From a virus (Duplodnaviria > Caudoviricetes): a stretch of DNA of 64,000 nt. Where the stretch lies: the IMG/VR virus record IMGVR_UViG_3300045747_000276, positions 161 to 64,160 of that record; one strand, written 5' to 3'. Positions within the stretch are counted from its first letter, which is position 1. Each line of letters opens with the position of its first letter. Below are positions 10,900-21,148 of this stretch, piece after piece. The translations under genes and the position numbers were made by a program. A model generated the notes under the pieces. That model did no database searches, had not been told where the DNA came from, and saw only the letters and a list, made by a program, of their open reading frames with translations.

Positions 10900-11733
10900 A
10901 TGACAATTGATAAAGAATATTATGACTTGACATTGACTAGGGATGGAAAGCTCATCCTTGATAAATGGGAATATGATCATGTTGCTAAACATGGTGAGTA
11001 TATTAAAATTGACCACACCAGCAATCCATATGCAGTATTGAATAAGACGGTTCAAATTGAACCTGGTTTTACACTCAAACACCTATTTGAAATTGTCAAA
11101 GCAGACGCTGACATCTTGAATGTTGTATTGGATGACTGTTGGGTGGAAGCTTATATTAAACACTATGAATCTGTAAAAGGTGATGCTGTTCCGTGTCAAG
11201 GATACTCGCCAGACGGTATCGAATACATGAGGTTGTACTGGAATGCAGAATTAGATGATTCATATTCTGGTACTTATATCTGGGGAGACAACAAACCAGA
11301 CTTCGATGGGGTTGGGTGGCTTCTAAAAGAAGATAAACTTGAAGATACCTTTGTGATGTATAAAAAGGATACTAGAATTAATTGGGGCCTGGATTTTTCA
11401 CCACTTGTAGGTCTATTAAACCTCTCTATTGTTGCTGATGAGGAATTTATTATTCGTGATGATATTAAGAATTGGAACCAGGAAGATCCGTCTCTTATGC
11501 AACGATTCGAGTGTAAAAAGAAATACACTTTGCGTAATGTTATCGAGGGTGTATTCTGGGAACTGTCGTTCCACGGTACACCAGAAGATAAGGATACCAA
11601 TTCTGCAGAAGTTACTCGCAGATATGATGATGCCAAGGAATATCTTGCCACAGGAGATATGAGTAAATTTGTCAAAATTGATGATGCATTCATAAAGGGG
11701 TTGCGTAATACTATGGAGAAAAATGATGATTGA
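10900..11733 (+). CDS. Hypothetical protein
   Basis: Long ORF in operon order. Confidence 0.65.
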   Translation: MTIDKEYYDLTLTRDGKLILDKWEYDHVAKHGEYIKIDHTSNPYAVLNKTVQIEPGFTLKHLFEIVKADADILNVVLDDCWVEAYIKHYESVKGDAVPCQGYSPDGIEYMRLYWNAELDDSYSGTYIWGDNKPDFDGVGWLLKEDKLEDTFVMYKKDTRINWGLDFSPLVGLLNLSIVADEEFIIRDDIKNWNQEDPSLMQRFECKKKYTLRNVIEGVFWELSFHGTPEDKDTNSAEVTRRYDDAKEYLATGDMSKFVKIDDAFIKGLRNTMEKNDD

Positions 11734-11968
11734 GAAAGAAGAATTGCAAAAATTATTGCATGAAAACATTGTATCTGTTACATTTACAAAAATCAATGGA
11801 GATAAACGTGTTATGCCTTGCACCCTACAGGCTGATATGATCCCATATGAGAGCAAAGCAAAAGAGTCAGGCCGGGTTGTGAATCCTGATGTTTGTTCTG
11901 TTTGGGCAACAGATGCCAACGGGTGGAGAGCATTCCGGTGGGATTCGGTTGAATGTTTTAATGTTTAG
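11723..11968 (+). CDS. WYL-like SH3 small protein
   Basis: 'VTFTKINGDKRVMPCTL...GWRAFRWD' pattern. Confidence 0.65.
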   Translation: MMIEKEELQKLLHENIVSVTFTKINGDKRVMPCTLQADMIPYESKAKESGRVVNPDVCSVWATDANGWRAFRWDSVECFNV

Positions 11969-11981
11969 TAAAGGATAGAAA

Positions 11982-12245
11982 ATGGCAAAGACAGTAATTA
12001 TTCCTAGTAATCCAGCTGATCTGCAAAAGATTAACAAGTGGATTAAGGACGCATGCGATTGTAAGACACGCATTGCAGCAGAGAACGAAGCAATTAAAGA
12101 TATTGTTGCTGTCATCAAGGAAGAGTTTAAACTCCCACCTAAGTTCACAAATAAATTGATAAGGACAAAGTACAAGGACAATTTTGATCAGCAAGAAACA
12201 GAGCAAGAAGATTTCGCTGAATTGTACGGGAAAGTCATCAAGTGA
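11982..12245 (+). CDS. dsbA: dsDNA-binding protein (T4 DsbA-like)
   Basis: 'EAIKDI...KEEFKLPPKFTNKLIRTKYKDNF..E..E.FAELY' resembles DsbA; lies near rnh. Confidence 0.7.
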   Translation: MAKTVIIPSNPADLQKINKWIKDACDCKTRIAAENEAIKDIVAVIKEEFKLPPKFTNKLIRTKYKDNFDQQETEQEDFAELYGKVIK

Positions 12246-13375
12246 ATGCCACAAAGCGGGCTAAGGCCCATGCTCACGTAAGGAAAGCTGCTTGGATGAA
12301 CAACATCCCAGAATTCAATGTGATGGATTATAACATCTCATTGATCAAATGGCTTAACTTTTTCAATGTTGAAGTTCCAATGAAGGATAAACAAGCATGG
12401 GTTATCAGTTATTGGAAATCACAAGGAAAAGTAACAAAGGGTCTCGAGAAGTTAACCAACGGATTCAATCAGTGCGCTACTCTCATCAAGTTGAAAGAGC
12501 AGGGGTATAGTATTGAATCTAATCACGAAAAGTTCTTAGAATCGCATTATCAAACATTATTCAAACGAACTAAGCAACCTGTTTTGGATGAGAATGGTAA
12601 TGAAGTTGAGGACCCAGACGTTAAGGCAAAATTGGAATCAGAATCAAAGAAAACTGTTTCTATTCAGGAGAGAACTGATAAATTATTGCATACGCACCTT
12701 GCAGAATTCGACGCTGCCATTGATGAACTGTGCACTGCCGGTACAGAATTTGACACCAAGTCATATCTTTTAACCAATCAAGTTAAATCAGCGATGGCCA
12801 AAGATATAGGTGATTATATCAAAATACAGCTTACAGAATGGGAAACCACCCTTAAAGGAAAAGACCCCCAGCTGAATGAAGGTTATGGGCATTATGATAA
12901 AAAGGGATTAAAGCAAGTAATATCATTTTTGTCAGACGCTATGAATGAATGTTTTAGGACGTCAATCATATCAAAAACAACAAGAGCGCCGATTAAGAAA
13001 CGTGAGAAACCTGCAGCGTCACTTGTGTCGAAGATGAAATATCTCAAAGAATTTCCAGATTACAAAATGAGGTCATTGCAGCCAGAAAAATTGATAGGTG
13101 CATCCACAGTAATTTTGTTTGACACTAAATTCAGAAAACTGATACAATATGAATCATTAGAAGGATCAACATTGACAGTCAATGGAGCAACATTAAAGAA
13201 TTTTGACCCAGAAAAATCCTTTTCAAAGACAGTAAGAAAGGTTGAAATTCTTGATGGTGTACATAGGATGACAAAAAGACCATTTACTGCCCTTATGAAG
13301 GGGATAAATTCTGTAGAGGCTAAAGTCACAGGTAGAGTTAATGAAAATCAAATTATTTTGTCAGTGTTTAATTAA
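12242..13375 (+). CDS. Conserved T4-like hypothetical protein
   Basis: 'SIQER', 'KMKYLKE', 'PEKLIGA', 'KTVRK', 'TGRVNE' pattern seen in T4-like phages. Confidence 0.6.
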   Translation: MNATKRAKAHAHVRKAAWMNNIPEFNVMDYNISLIKWLNFFNVEVPMKDKQAWVISYWKSQGKVTKGLEKLTNGFNQCATLIKLKEQGYSIESNHEKFLESHYQTLFKRTKQPVLDENGNEVEDPDVKAKLESESKKTVSIQERTDKLLHTHLAEFDAAIDELCTAGTEFDTKSYLLTNQVKSAMAKDIGDYIKIQLTEWETTLKGKDPQLNEGYGHYDKKGLKQVISFLSDAMNECFRTSIISKTTRAPIKKREKPAASLVSKMKYLKEFPDYKMRSLQPEKLIGASTVILFDTKFRKLIQYESLEGSTLTVNGATLKNFDPEKSFSKTVRKVEILDGVHRMTKRPFTALMKGINSVEAKVTGRVNENQIILSVFN

Positions 13376-13851
13376 GGGTTAAAATGAAACGATATTATTA
13401 TGTGTATGTGAGAAGTGTTGATCCAGATACACTGGATCTTGTTTGGTCAGTTCATGTTTGCCTCCCAGATGCAACAACCAAGACTGATGTATTGGCATGG
13501 GCTAAAGATAGGTATGATGGTGAAGCATTTGGGTTTGTAGACTGTGGAAATGTATGTCCACCACGCTTTATAGCTGGTGCAATTGAACTAGGAATGAAAG
13601 GAAACTGATATGAATGATAATGAAGTAACTGATGTAGAGGTGATTGAAAAGTCCCCAGAGACTCCTGATTTGGGTCGTTTGTTGAATCCAGCAAGGTTTC
13701 CTGATGAGAAATTTGAGGATTACAAAGTGCGCCGCAAAAGTGCAAATAAGGTAGTTAAGAATCATATTCGCAATGGAACTATGTTTCACAACTCTCGGCC
13801 TGACCCAGATAAAAAGGGTGTAACATATCGTAAACCAAAGGTGGTGGCATA

Positions 13852-14157
13852 ATGGACGCAGACATCAAAAGGTCATCGGACACGGACAAGGATATGAATT
13901 CCCTATTCCCAAAAGCAGAGGAAGTTAAGCGAAAAATTGGTCGTCCTAAAAAGGAAGACACCTCTACGGTATCCCAGGTAGAAGAAGTTGAAGAATCCAT
14001 TCCACCTGTTGTTTATAACTCTGACTCTGAGGTGTGGAAGCAAGCCATGTTTGTTATCATGGAAAACTTCATGGTAAAGTCCCCAGTTGATATTGTTAGG
14101 TGCATTCCAGCTGCGGATGAATTTCTTCGTGTGTTTAAGGAACGTTGGGACGTATAA
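13852..14157 (+). CDS. Hypothetical protein with AT-hook-like motif
   Basis: 'RKIGRPKK'. Confidence 0.55.
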   Translation: MDADIKRSSDTDKDMNSLFPKAEEVKRKIGRPKKEDTSTVSQVEEVEESIPPVVYNSDSEVWKQAMFVIMENFMVKSPVDIVRCIPAADEFLRVFKERWDV

Positions 14158-15062
14158 TGTTAGTTATCGACTTCTCTCAGGTGGTTATATCCAATGCACA
14201 AGTTCAATTGGGTAAAGAGTTAAAATCCCCAAAACCTGAGGTAAAAAACCTAATCAAACACCTGTTCTTTTCACAGTTGCTACGGTACAAGAAAATGTTC
14301 CCAAAATCTGGGAGTGTAATCATAGCATGTGATGGTAGAAAATATTGGCGTAAAGAGTTTTTCCCCTATTACAAGGGGCACAGAAAGCTCATTAATGACT
14401 CTGATGGGTTTGATTGGGAATTTCTATACAATTGTATGGACGAGCTTAAGGAAGACATCAAGTTAAATTTTCCATACAAGTTAATTCAAGCTGACCGTGC
14501 AGAGGCAGATGATATTGTTGCAGTATTGGCAAAATATTCTCAAACCAACGAATTGATTTCTGACGGTTTGTTTGATGGAGAACCTCAAGAATTTGCCATC
14601 ATAAGCACAGACAATGACTTTGGCCAGCTACAGAAATATAAAAATGTTAAGCAGTATGCTCCAATGTTAAAGAAGATGATTAAGAATCCTAAACCATTAG
14701 AGTATGTCATTGAGCATATTTGTGAGGGTGATGCCGGTGATAATGTGCCTAATATTGTAACTGCTGATCAGTGGGCAATTGACAGAACCAACGGTGTTAA
14801 GGTCAGAGCAAAATCATTTATGAAGGAACGACAACACAGTTTTAATACTCATGGTATTGATGCGTGTTTGAATGACCTAGAACGAGCAAATTGGGTTAGA
14901 AATAGGACTCTCGTTGATTTTGATTACATTCCATCCGATGTAGAGAAATTAATACTCGATACATATAATACAACAGAAGTCAAAGGCAGTAAAACTAAGA
15001 TTATGAATTATTTGATGGCCAACAGGATGAAGTTGTTAATGGAATCGTTGGGTGATTTTTAA
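14157..15062 (+). CDS. rnh: T4-type RNase H (5'-3' exonuclease)
   Basis: 'IACDGRKYWRKEFFPYYKGHR', 'EADD', 'ISTDNDFGQL', 'GDAGDNVPN'. Confidence 0.92.
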   Translation: MLVIDFSQVVISNAQVQLGKELKSPKPEVKNLIKHLFFSQLLRYKKMFPKSGSVIIACDGRKYWRKEFFPYYKGHRKLINDSDGFDWEFLYNCMDELKEDIKLNFPYKLIQADRAEADDIVAVLAKYSQTNELISDGLFDGEPQEFAIISTDNDFGQLQKYKNVKQYAPMLKKMIKNPKPLEYVIEHICEGDAGDNVPNIVTADQWAIDRTNGVKVRAKSFMKERQHSFNTHGIDACLNDLERANWVRNRTLVDFDYIPSDVEKLILDTYNTTEVKGSKTKIMNYLMANRMKLLMESLGDF

Positions 15063-15173
15063 TGAATGAATTACATAGTACGATGGTTATTAATGCTGCC
15101 ATTTTCACACCAAGAGGATGTAGATCTCTTGGTGTTTATGGCATGTAGTGATTATATTTGGAGAAACAATAAC

Positions 15174-15623
15174 ATGGCTGAAAAAGAAGTAACGGTGGCG
15201 ACAGCCAAACACGCATTTGAGTTTTTCAAACTCATTCAGGCTGCAGGTACAGAAGAAGACAAAATTGTTCTTATTAAGAAGTGGGGTGCCACGCTGCCAT
15301 TGAATATGCTACTATCATTGAATTTTGATAGCACATTGGCATTAGATTTGCCTGAAGGTATGCCACCCCACAAGAGAGACGAGCAAACTCATTTTGATCT
15401 GTTCGCACCATTGGCATCACAATTGGTCAGATTGAAGGCATGCCTCAAAACATCAAAGATCAAAAAGATGGATAAAGAGAGAGTGTTTATTCAGGTAATT
15501 GAAAACGTGTCACCCGCAGAGGCAGATATTCTTATCGCTTGCAAGGACAGGGCTTTGACTGAGATGTTCCCAAGTATAACAAAAGAATTAGTTGCCAAAG
15601 TATACCCTGGATATTGCAGATGA
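15174..15623 (+). CDS. Conserved T4-like protein (DUF6433-like)
   Basis: 'LPEGMPP', 'KERVFIQVIENVSPAEADILIACKD'. Confidence 0.65.
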   Translation: MAEKEVTVATAKHAFEFFKLIQAAGTEEDKIVLIKKWGATLPLNMLLSLNFDSTLALDLPEGMPPHKRDEQTHFDLFAPLASQLVRLKACLKTSKIKKMDKERVFIQVIENVSPAEADILIACKDRALTEMFPSITKELVAKVYPGYCR

Positions 15624-16033
15624 AGAAGAGAGATATAGAATTGTATATGGACATTGCAGATAGGGTGTCCCAACAATCAAGAGCAGTCCGCGCTAAAGTT
15701 GGTGCAGTGTTTGTTGCTGAATCAGGCGTTCTATCTATAGGGTATAATGGAACTTTGCCTGGGTGTGATAATGAATGTGAGATTCGTGTTGGAACGGAAT
15801 TGGTTACTAAACCTGATGTATATCATGCTGAGGAAAACATATTCTCTAAGCTGTTGGAAGAGGGTGTATCTGCGAAAGGCGGCTCTGTGTTCTTGACAAT
15901 GGAACCTTGCCTGCCGTGTTCAAAATTAATACGTGGAGCTAAAGTTAAGAATGTATATTACAGAGATTCTTATCGCTCCCATGCCGGGGCAGAGTTCTTG
16001 TCTGCCAACGGAATTAATGTTGTTCAAGTATAA
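15620..16033 (+). CDS. cd: dCMP deaminase
   Basis: 'GYNG', 'HAEEN', 'PCLPC'. Confidence 0.9.
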   Translation: MKKRDIELYMDIADRVSQQSRAVRAKVGAVFVAESGVLSIGYNGTLPGCDNECEIRVGTELVTKPDVYHAEENIFSKLLEEGVSAKGGSVFLTMEPCLPCSKLIRGAKVKNVYYRDSYRSHAGAEFLSANGINVVQV

Positions 16034-16060
16034 ATATTGACATAATAACAAAGGATATTA

Positions 16061-16336
16061 ATGCCTACATATGATTACAGGTGTCCCAAGTGTGAATGGA
16101 ATTGGGAAACAGTCGTTAAGATCAGCGATAGAGATATTCCATTATCTGAACCTTGTCCAAATTGTGGCGCCCATGATTCTGTAGTCAGAACGATTTGTGG
16201 TGCTCCTATATTTGGAGACCCAGTGAGAATGGGTAGGATTAAACCTGACAACGGTTTTAAAGAGGTACTACAGAAGATTCACCAAAGAACTCCAGGGAGT
16301 CAACTGAACACAACGAGTACAATTAGAAGTTTGTGA
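16061..16336 (+). CDS. FmdB-family Zn-ribbon protein
   Basis: 'MPTYDYRCPKC...CPNCG'. Confidence 0.8.
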   Translation: MPTYDYRCPKCEWNWETVVKISDRDIPLSEPCPNCGAHDSVVRTICGAPIFGDPVRMGRIKPDNGFKEVLQKIHQRTPGSQLNTTSTIRSL

Positions 16337-16357
16337 TTTGATATACTATGAAATAGC

Positions 16358-16394
16358 AGGGCATAGCATTATGATGTTATGCCCTTTTTCTTTT
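16358..16394 (+). terminator. Intrinsic terminator
   Basis: agggcatagcat/atgttatgccct hairpin followed by a T-tract. Confidence 0.7.
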
Positions 16395-16411
16395 CACCAG
16401 AAGGAGTTTGC

Positions 16412-17152
16412 ATGGCTAAACTAGCACAAGTAGCAGTTAACGAAGATATTCCACAAGTAGTATCTACAAAGAAAATTAGGCAAGATTTATTAAAACGTAT
16501 CGAACCTAAGACCCCTGCTCAAGTGATGGCATTCAATGCTTATAGAGATCGCAATCTAGTTATGCTAGGTAGCGCAGGTACAGGTAAAACATTCATAGGT
16601 ATGTATTTGGCAATGAAGGAAGTACTATCTAGAGAATCAGGTTATACTAAATTGACAGTGGTTAGAAGCGCTGTGCCTGTTAGAGACCTTGGTTTTATGC
16701 CAGGAACCAAAGAAGAAAAAGAAGCAGTGTATGAAATGCCATACCATTCAATTTTCAAAGAGATTTTTCATCAGATTCAGGGAAATGGTTTAGTTGAAAA
16801 GTTAAAAGACCAGCATCTCTATGAGTTCATTTCTACCTCATACATTCGTGGTATCACTATGCACGATACTATAATATTGGTAGATGAATGTGAAAATATG
16901 ACATACCAAGAGTTGTCTTCTATCATCACCAGAATGGGTGACAATTGCAAGATCATGTTCTGCGGTGACTTTAGGCAATCTGACCTGCAGAAGAAAGCAG
17001 ATAAGGATGGACTAGTCAAATTCTTAGCAATTCTTAGGAAAATTTACGACTTCTCTTTTGTAGAGTTCAACAGAGAAGACATAGTAAGATCATCAATAGT
17101 CAAACAGTTCATTATTGCAGAAGAACAGTATGAAGAAGAAAATGGAGACTGA
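16412..17152 (+). CDS. phoH: PhoH-family ATPase
   Basis: 'GSAGTGKT', 'LGFMPG', 'YIRG', 'DECEN', 'GDFRQSD'. Confidence 0.93.
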   Translation: MAKLAQVAVNEDIPQVVSTKKIRQDLLKRIEPKTPAQVMAFNAYRDRNLVMLGSAGTGKTFIGMYLAMKEVLSRESGYTKLTVVRSAVPVRDLGFMPGTKEEKEAVYEMPYHSIFKEIFHQIQGNGLVEKLKDQHLYEFISTSYIRGITMHDTIILVDECENMTYQELSSIITRMGDNCKIMFCGDFRQSDLQKKADKDGLVKFLAILRKIYDFSFVEFNREDIVRSSIVKQFIIAEEQYEEENGD

Positions 17153-17154
17153 AA

Positions 17155-17598
17155 ATGACACCATCAAAAAACGTAATTGATATTATAAAGCAAATGGAGG
17201 GGTTTAGGAATAAATCCTACCAAGACGTAGTTGGCGTTTGGACAGTTGGGTACGGGTCAACTAGAATCAACGGTAAGCCAGTGTCGCTGGGTATGACTTG
17301 CACAGAGGAAGAAGCTGTGCAATATATTCTTGATGAATTGTCACCAGTGGCAGAGCGGATAACTAAAATGGTCACGGTTCCACTTACTCAAAACCAATTT
17401 GACAGCTTATGTGATTTTGCTTATAATTTAGGGTCAGGTGCATTGCAAGGCTCTACACTTATGAAGAGGTTGAATTTGAAAGATTATGAAGGGGCGGCAA
17501 ATGAGTTTGCAAAATGGAATAAAGCAGGAGGCAAGGTCCTTAATGGACTCGTCAAACGCCGCGAACTTGAACGTAAGTTATTTCTCAGCCAAGAATAA
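17155..17598 (+). CDS. Endolysin, GH24 muramidase
   Basis: 'EGFR...YQDVVGVWTVGYG', 'QFDSL..FAYNLG', 'GLVKRR..E..LF'. Confidence 0.92.
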   Translation: MTPSKNVIDIIKQMEGFRNKSYQDVVGVWTVGYGSTRINGKPVSLGMTCTEEEAVQYILDELSPVAERITKMVTVPLTQNQFDSLCDFAYNLGSGALQGSTLMKRLNLKDYEGAANEFAKWNKAGGKVLNGLVKRRELERKLFLSQE

Positions 17599-18256
17599 AT
17601 TTGATTTAGACTTTCTTCCGTTGCTTAAACTCAATAGAGTGGACGCACCGGAGGGAAGATACTATGTTACACCTGAAGGTAATCATTACACTTCGGTCAC
17701 TACATTTTTGTCCAAGTCAGATAAATCAAATTATATAGCAGAGTGGAGAGCCGCTGTAGGGGAAGCTGAAGCTGATAGGGTAAGTAATCGTGCTGCAAAT
17801 AGAGGAACTCTATTGCATGAGAATGCTGAAACATACCTTACAAATAACATAGTTGCTATACCTAAGGTTAGAATGATGGACATTTCTTTAATGAAAGGAA
17901 TGATACCATCGTTAGACAGGATAAGTAATATAAGGTTGCTTGAAGCTCAACTATATAGTGATAATTTTAAATTGGCAGGGACTGTTGATTGTGTGGCAGA
18001 TTTTGATGGAGTCCCCTCAATCATAGATTTTAAAACATCTAGTAAATTGAAGGGCAAAGAAGAGATAGATAATTATTTTATTCAAACCTCTATATATTCT
18101 TGGATGGTGGAAGAGCGGTATGGTATTAAAATACCCCAGATAGTTATTTTGATAAGTCAGGAATTTGGAAGTTCACAAATTTTTATTGAGAACAGGAAAA
18201 ATTGGGTGAGAAGAATGGGTGATTTGATTAGGGGTAGAAATAATGCCAATGTATGA
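17543..18256 (+). CDS. PD-(D/E)xK exonuclease
   Basis: 'YTSVTT', 'RGT..H', 'AGTVDC', 'IIDFKTS', 'QTSIY'; start uncertain, overlaps the endolysin. Confidence 0.85.
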   Translation: MDSSNAANLNVSYFSAKNKFDLDFLPLLKLNRVDAPEGRYYVTPEGNHYTSVTTFLSKSDKSNYIAEWRAAVGEAEADRVSNRAANRGTLLHENAETYLTNNIVAIPKVRMMDISLMKGMIPSLDRISNIRLLEAQLYSDNFKLAGTVDCVADFDGVPSIIDFKTSSKLKGKEEIDNYFIQTSIYSWMVEERYGIKIPQIVILISQEFGSSQIFIENRKNWVRRMGDLIRGRNNANV

Positions 18257-18437
18257 TTTTAAATGTATAAATTGTGGTGAGGTTAGGGAAGCAATTGCTA
18301 AACGTGATGACATTTTAGTTTGCCACAAGTGTGCTAGTGATATGCACAGAGCAGAGGTAAATTTGTCTAACTTTCAGTTGAAAGGATCTGGGTGGTTTAA
18401 GGACGGGTATTCTGATAAACGGAATAATAAACGATAA
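18243..18437 (+). CDS. FmdB-family Zn-ribbon protein
   Basis: 'MPMYDFKCINCG...LKGSGWFKDGY'. Confidence 0.8.
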   Translation: MPMYDFKCINCGEVREAIAKRDDILVCHKCASDMHRAEVNLSNFQLKGSGWFKDGYSDKRNNKR

Positions 18438-18455
18438 TAACTATAGGGCCGATGC

Positions 18456-19016
18456 ATGTTAAAATTAATAAACAAAGAAACACTAGGAATGAGAGAGGTT
18501 CCCTCATCATTCTTTTTATTGATGGATGAGATTGATAATGATAATTGCAAAGAGGCCATTCAGTGGATAATTGAAACGAATTTTGCCGAGGAAAAACCTC
18601 AAGTTATGAATTTGCTTGTGTGCAGCCCAGGTGGCGATTTGTCAGCAGCGTTTGCACTAATTGATGTAATGAGAGGTTCTTCTATCCCAATCAGAACAAT
18701 AGGATTGGGGCAGATTGCTAGCGCTGGCCTGCTTATATTCATTGCTGGCGCAAAGGGTCAACGCATACTTACGGAAAACACATCTATAATGTCTCATCAA
18801 TGGTCAGGTGGATCCATTGGCAAAGAGCACGAACTGATGGCAGTCATAAAGGAATTTGATCTTGTGACTAAGAGAATGATTCAGCATTATAAAAAGTGTA
18901 CAAAGTTGTCCGAAGCTGATGTTCGCAAGTATTTGCTGCCAAGCCAAGACGTTTGGCTTGAAAGTTCGGAAGCCAAGAAATTTGGGCTATGCGATGAAAT
19001 AAAATCCCTAAAGTGA
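18456..19016 (+). CDS. clpP: ClpP-like protease subunit
   Basis: 'SPGG', 'GQIASAG', 'MSHQ', 'DVWL...EAKKFGLCD'. Confidence 0.88.
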   Translation: MLKLINKETLGMREVPSSFFLLMDEIDNDNCKEAIQWIIETNFAEEKPQVMNLLVCSPGGDLSAAFALIDVMRGSSIPIRTIGLGQIASAGLLIFIAGAKGQRILTENTSIMSHQWSGGSIGKEHELMAVIKEFDLVTKRMIQHYKKCTKLSEADVRKYLLPSQDVWLESSEAKKFGLCDEIKSLK

Positions 19017-19207
19017 AGAAAAATTCAGTTTAAAAACAACCACATACATGGTGCATTTTACAAATAAGTGCACTAAATGTACAATTGGGTATGTAATGAC
19101 AGAAACGGTGGTTTAACAGTGAAATATGATTTAGTTGATGTTTTGACACCCATTGTTTACATATTGTGTCTTGTGGTTGTTTGTATTGATATTATTTGGA
19201 GGTTCGG

Positions 19208-19615
19208 ATGAAAGTTTGTATTAATTCGTGTTACGGTGGCTTCGGGCTATCGGATGAAGCGATGACATTGTATTGCGAAAAGAAGGGGATTGTGGTGTAC
19301 CCTGAGCCCGGGGCATACGGCGTCTCATTTTATCTAAAGCCCGCATCTGAGCGAATGACATCACCAATTTCTTGGGGTAAAATGACGAACTCCCAGCGGT
19401 CGGAATATAATGAGTCAAACAAGTCAATTTATTGTAGGGACATTGATAGGAACGACCCAGTATTGATAGAGGTTGTTCAAGAATTAGGGTCAAAGAAGGC
19501 ATCATGCAATTACGCTAATCTAACAATAGTGAATATTCCAGACGATGTGTTGTGGGAAATTGATGAGTATGATGGGTATGAAAGTGTCGCAGAAAAACAC
19601 CGTAAATGGGGTTAA
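19208..19615 (+). CDS. Conserved phage hypothetical protein
   Basis: 'INSCYGGFGLS...RNDPVLIEVV...IDEYDGYESV'. Confidence 0.7.
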   Translation: MKVCINSCYGGFGLSDEAMTLYCEKKGIVVYPEPGAYGVSFYLKPASERMTSPISWGKMTNSQRSEYNESNKSIYCRDIDRNDPVLIEVVQELGSKKASCNYANLTIVNIPDDVLWEIDEYDGYESVAEKHRKWG

Positions 19616-20004
19616 ATATGGATTATCTGATTGGTGCTATTTGTATGTGGGTGGTTTTTATACTCATTTTATGGTTGAAAAAGTCTGATTGTAATCATAA
19701 TTGTAATCAGGGTCGAACTTGTAATTGCAAAAAAGAGAGTAATAATGTTTAATTCTATCAATTTAGTCGAACTCAATAAACTAGTGACTGGCACACATGT
19801 GCACTATGGGAATTATGGCAGGACATTTCAGGTAGATGAAGACGGTAATGAAATAGATGATAAAGTTACAAAAGAAAAACGCGGTCGTGGTCGACCCAAA
19901 AGTTACATTAATGCATGTGAAATGGTTTGGTCACCTATTATCAATAAGGTGACGAATTCGTGGGGAAAAATGAGCATGCGTGGGAAATAGTTGAGGGATA
20001 TAAT

Positions 20005-21054
20005 ATGAGAAAATTGGCATCTATTAGAAAAATTGCAGACATTCGCCCTATAGAAGGGGCAGATGCAATTGAGTGTGTGGTTATAGACGGCTGGACAGTC
20101 GTATCTAAAAAGGGCGAGTTTCAGGTTGGTGAACTGTGTGTTTATTTTGAAATAGATTCTGTTCTACCTATTCAACCTGCATTTGAATTCCTTAGAAAAT
20201 CTTGCTATGTTAATAAGGATTGGTTACCTAATGGTGAGGGGTTTAGGTTGAAAACTATTCGTCTTAGGGGACAATTATCTCAAGGCCTTGTAGTTCCATT
20301 GGAGCCAGCTTGCGCTAACATTGAATCACAGCTGTTTGATGGGTTAGATGTGACATACCCATTGGGTGTTATTAAATGGGACCCTCCATTGCCAGCTTGC
20401 CTACAGGGTCAAGCCGAGGGGCTGTTTCCGTCATTCATTGCAAAGTCTGATCAAGAAAGAGCGCAGAATTTGACATTGGAAATTGCAGAAGCGTTTGCAA
20501 ACAAGGAACAATTTGAGGTCACAATAAAGTTAGATGGGTCATCTTGCACCGTGTTTCATCGTGATGGTGATACCGGGGTATGTTCTAGGAATTTGCATCT
20601 TAAGGACAATGATGAAAATAAAGACAACTCGTTTGTTCGCATTGCACATGACACTGGTCTTATCGCTGCATTGAAACAATATGGTAAAAATATTGCTGTT
20701 CAGGGTGAGCTAATGGGTCCTGGTATTCAAGGCAATAGAGAATGCCTGCCAAAAACCCAATTGTTTGTATTTGATATATTTGATATTGATGCACGCAAAT
20801 TCCTTATGCATAGGGATAGGATGAATGTGTTTGTAGATTTGCAAGAGTTGGGGTTCAACGGTATGCACACTCCTATATGCACAGATTTAGGGGTGACAAA
20901 ATTACCGTCCGGTGATGTGAATGATTTGCTAAAATTAGCTGACGGTAAGTCTCTAATCAACCCAGTCAGGGAAGGCATGGTGTGGAAATCAACATCAAGG
21001 AACTTCTCGTTCAAAACGATTTCTAACAAGTTTTTGTTGGGTGGTGGTGAGTAG
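20005..21054 (+). CDS. ATP-dependent RNA ligase (DRB0094/Rnl5-like, N-terminal OB domain)
   Basis: 'MRKLASIRKI..I.PIEGADAIE', 'KLDGSS', 'GELMG', 'REGMVWK', 'FKTISNKFLL'. Confidence 0.9.
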   Translation: MRKLASIRKIADIRPIEGADAIECVVIDGWTVVSKKGEFQVGELCVYFEIDSVLPIQPAFEFLRKSCYVNKDWLPNGEGFRLKTIRLRGQLSQGLVVPLEPACANIESQLFDGLDVTYPLGVIKWDPPLPACLQGQAEGLFPSFIAKSDQERAQNLTLEIAEAFANKEQFEVTIKLDGSSCTVFHRDGDTGVCSRNLHLKDNDENKDNSFVRIAHDTGLIAALKQYGKNIAVQGELMGPGIQGNRECLPKTQLFVFDIFDIDARKFLMHRDRMNVFVDLQELGFNGMHTPICTDLGVTKLPSGDVNDLLKLADGKSLINPVREGMVWKSTSRNFSFKTISNKFLLGGGE

Positions 21055-21104
21055 GTTGCAATAAAAAAATGCCTGTGTTATCATAGGCATATATAATACA
21101 ACAA

Positions 21105-21148
21105 AGAGATAGACTCAATGTTGCCAATAATTTTAAAGGATATTTAAA
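21105..21148 (+). promoter_or_regulatory. NAD-gene leader motif, copy 1 (GAG-ATAGA-CTC hairpin plus TTTTAAAGGA RBS)
   Basis: AGAGATAGACT recurs at about 22476 and 24409, each time ahead of an NAD gene start. Confidence 0.6.

Noticed and set aside
17486-18256. Cas4 or CRISPR adaptation gene
   Set aside because: It is the usual T4-like PD-(D/E)xK exonuclease next to phoH and lacks the Cas4 Fe-S cysteines.
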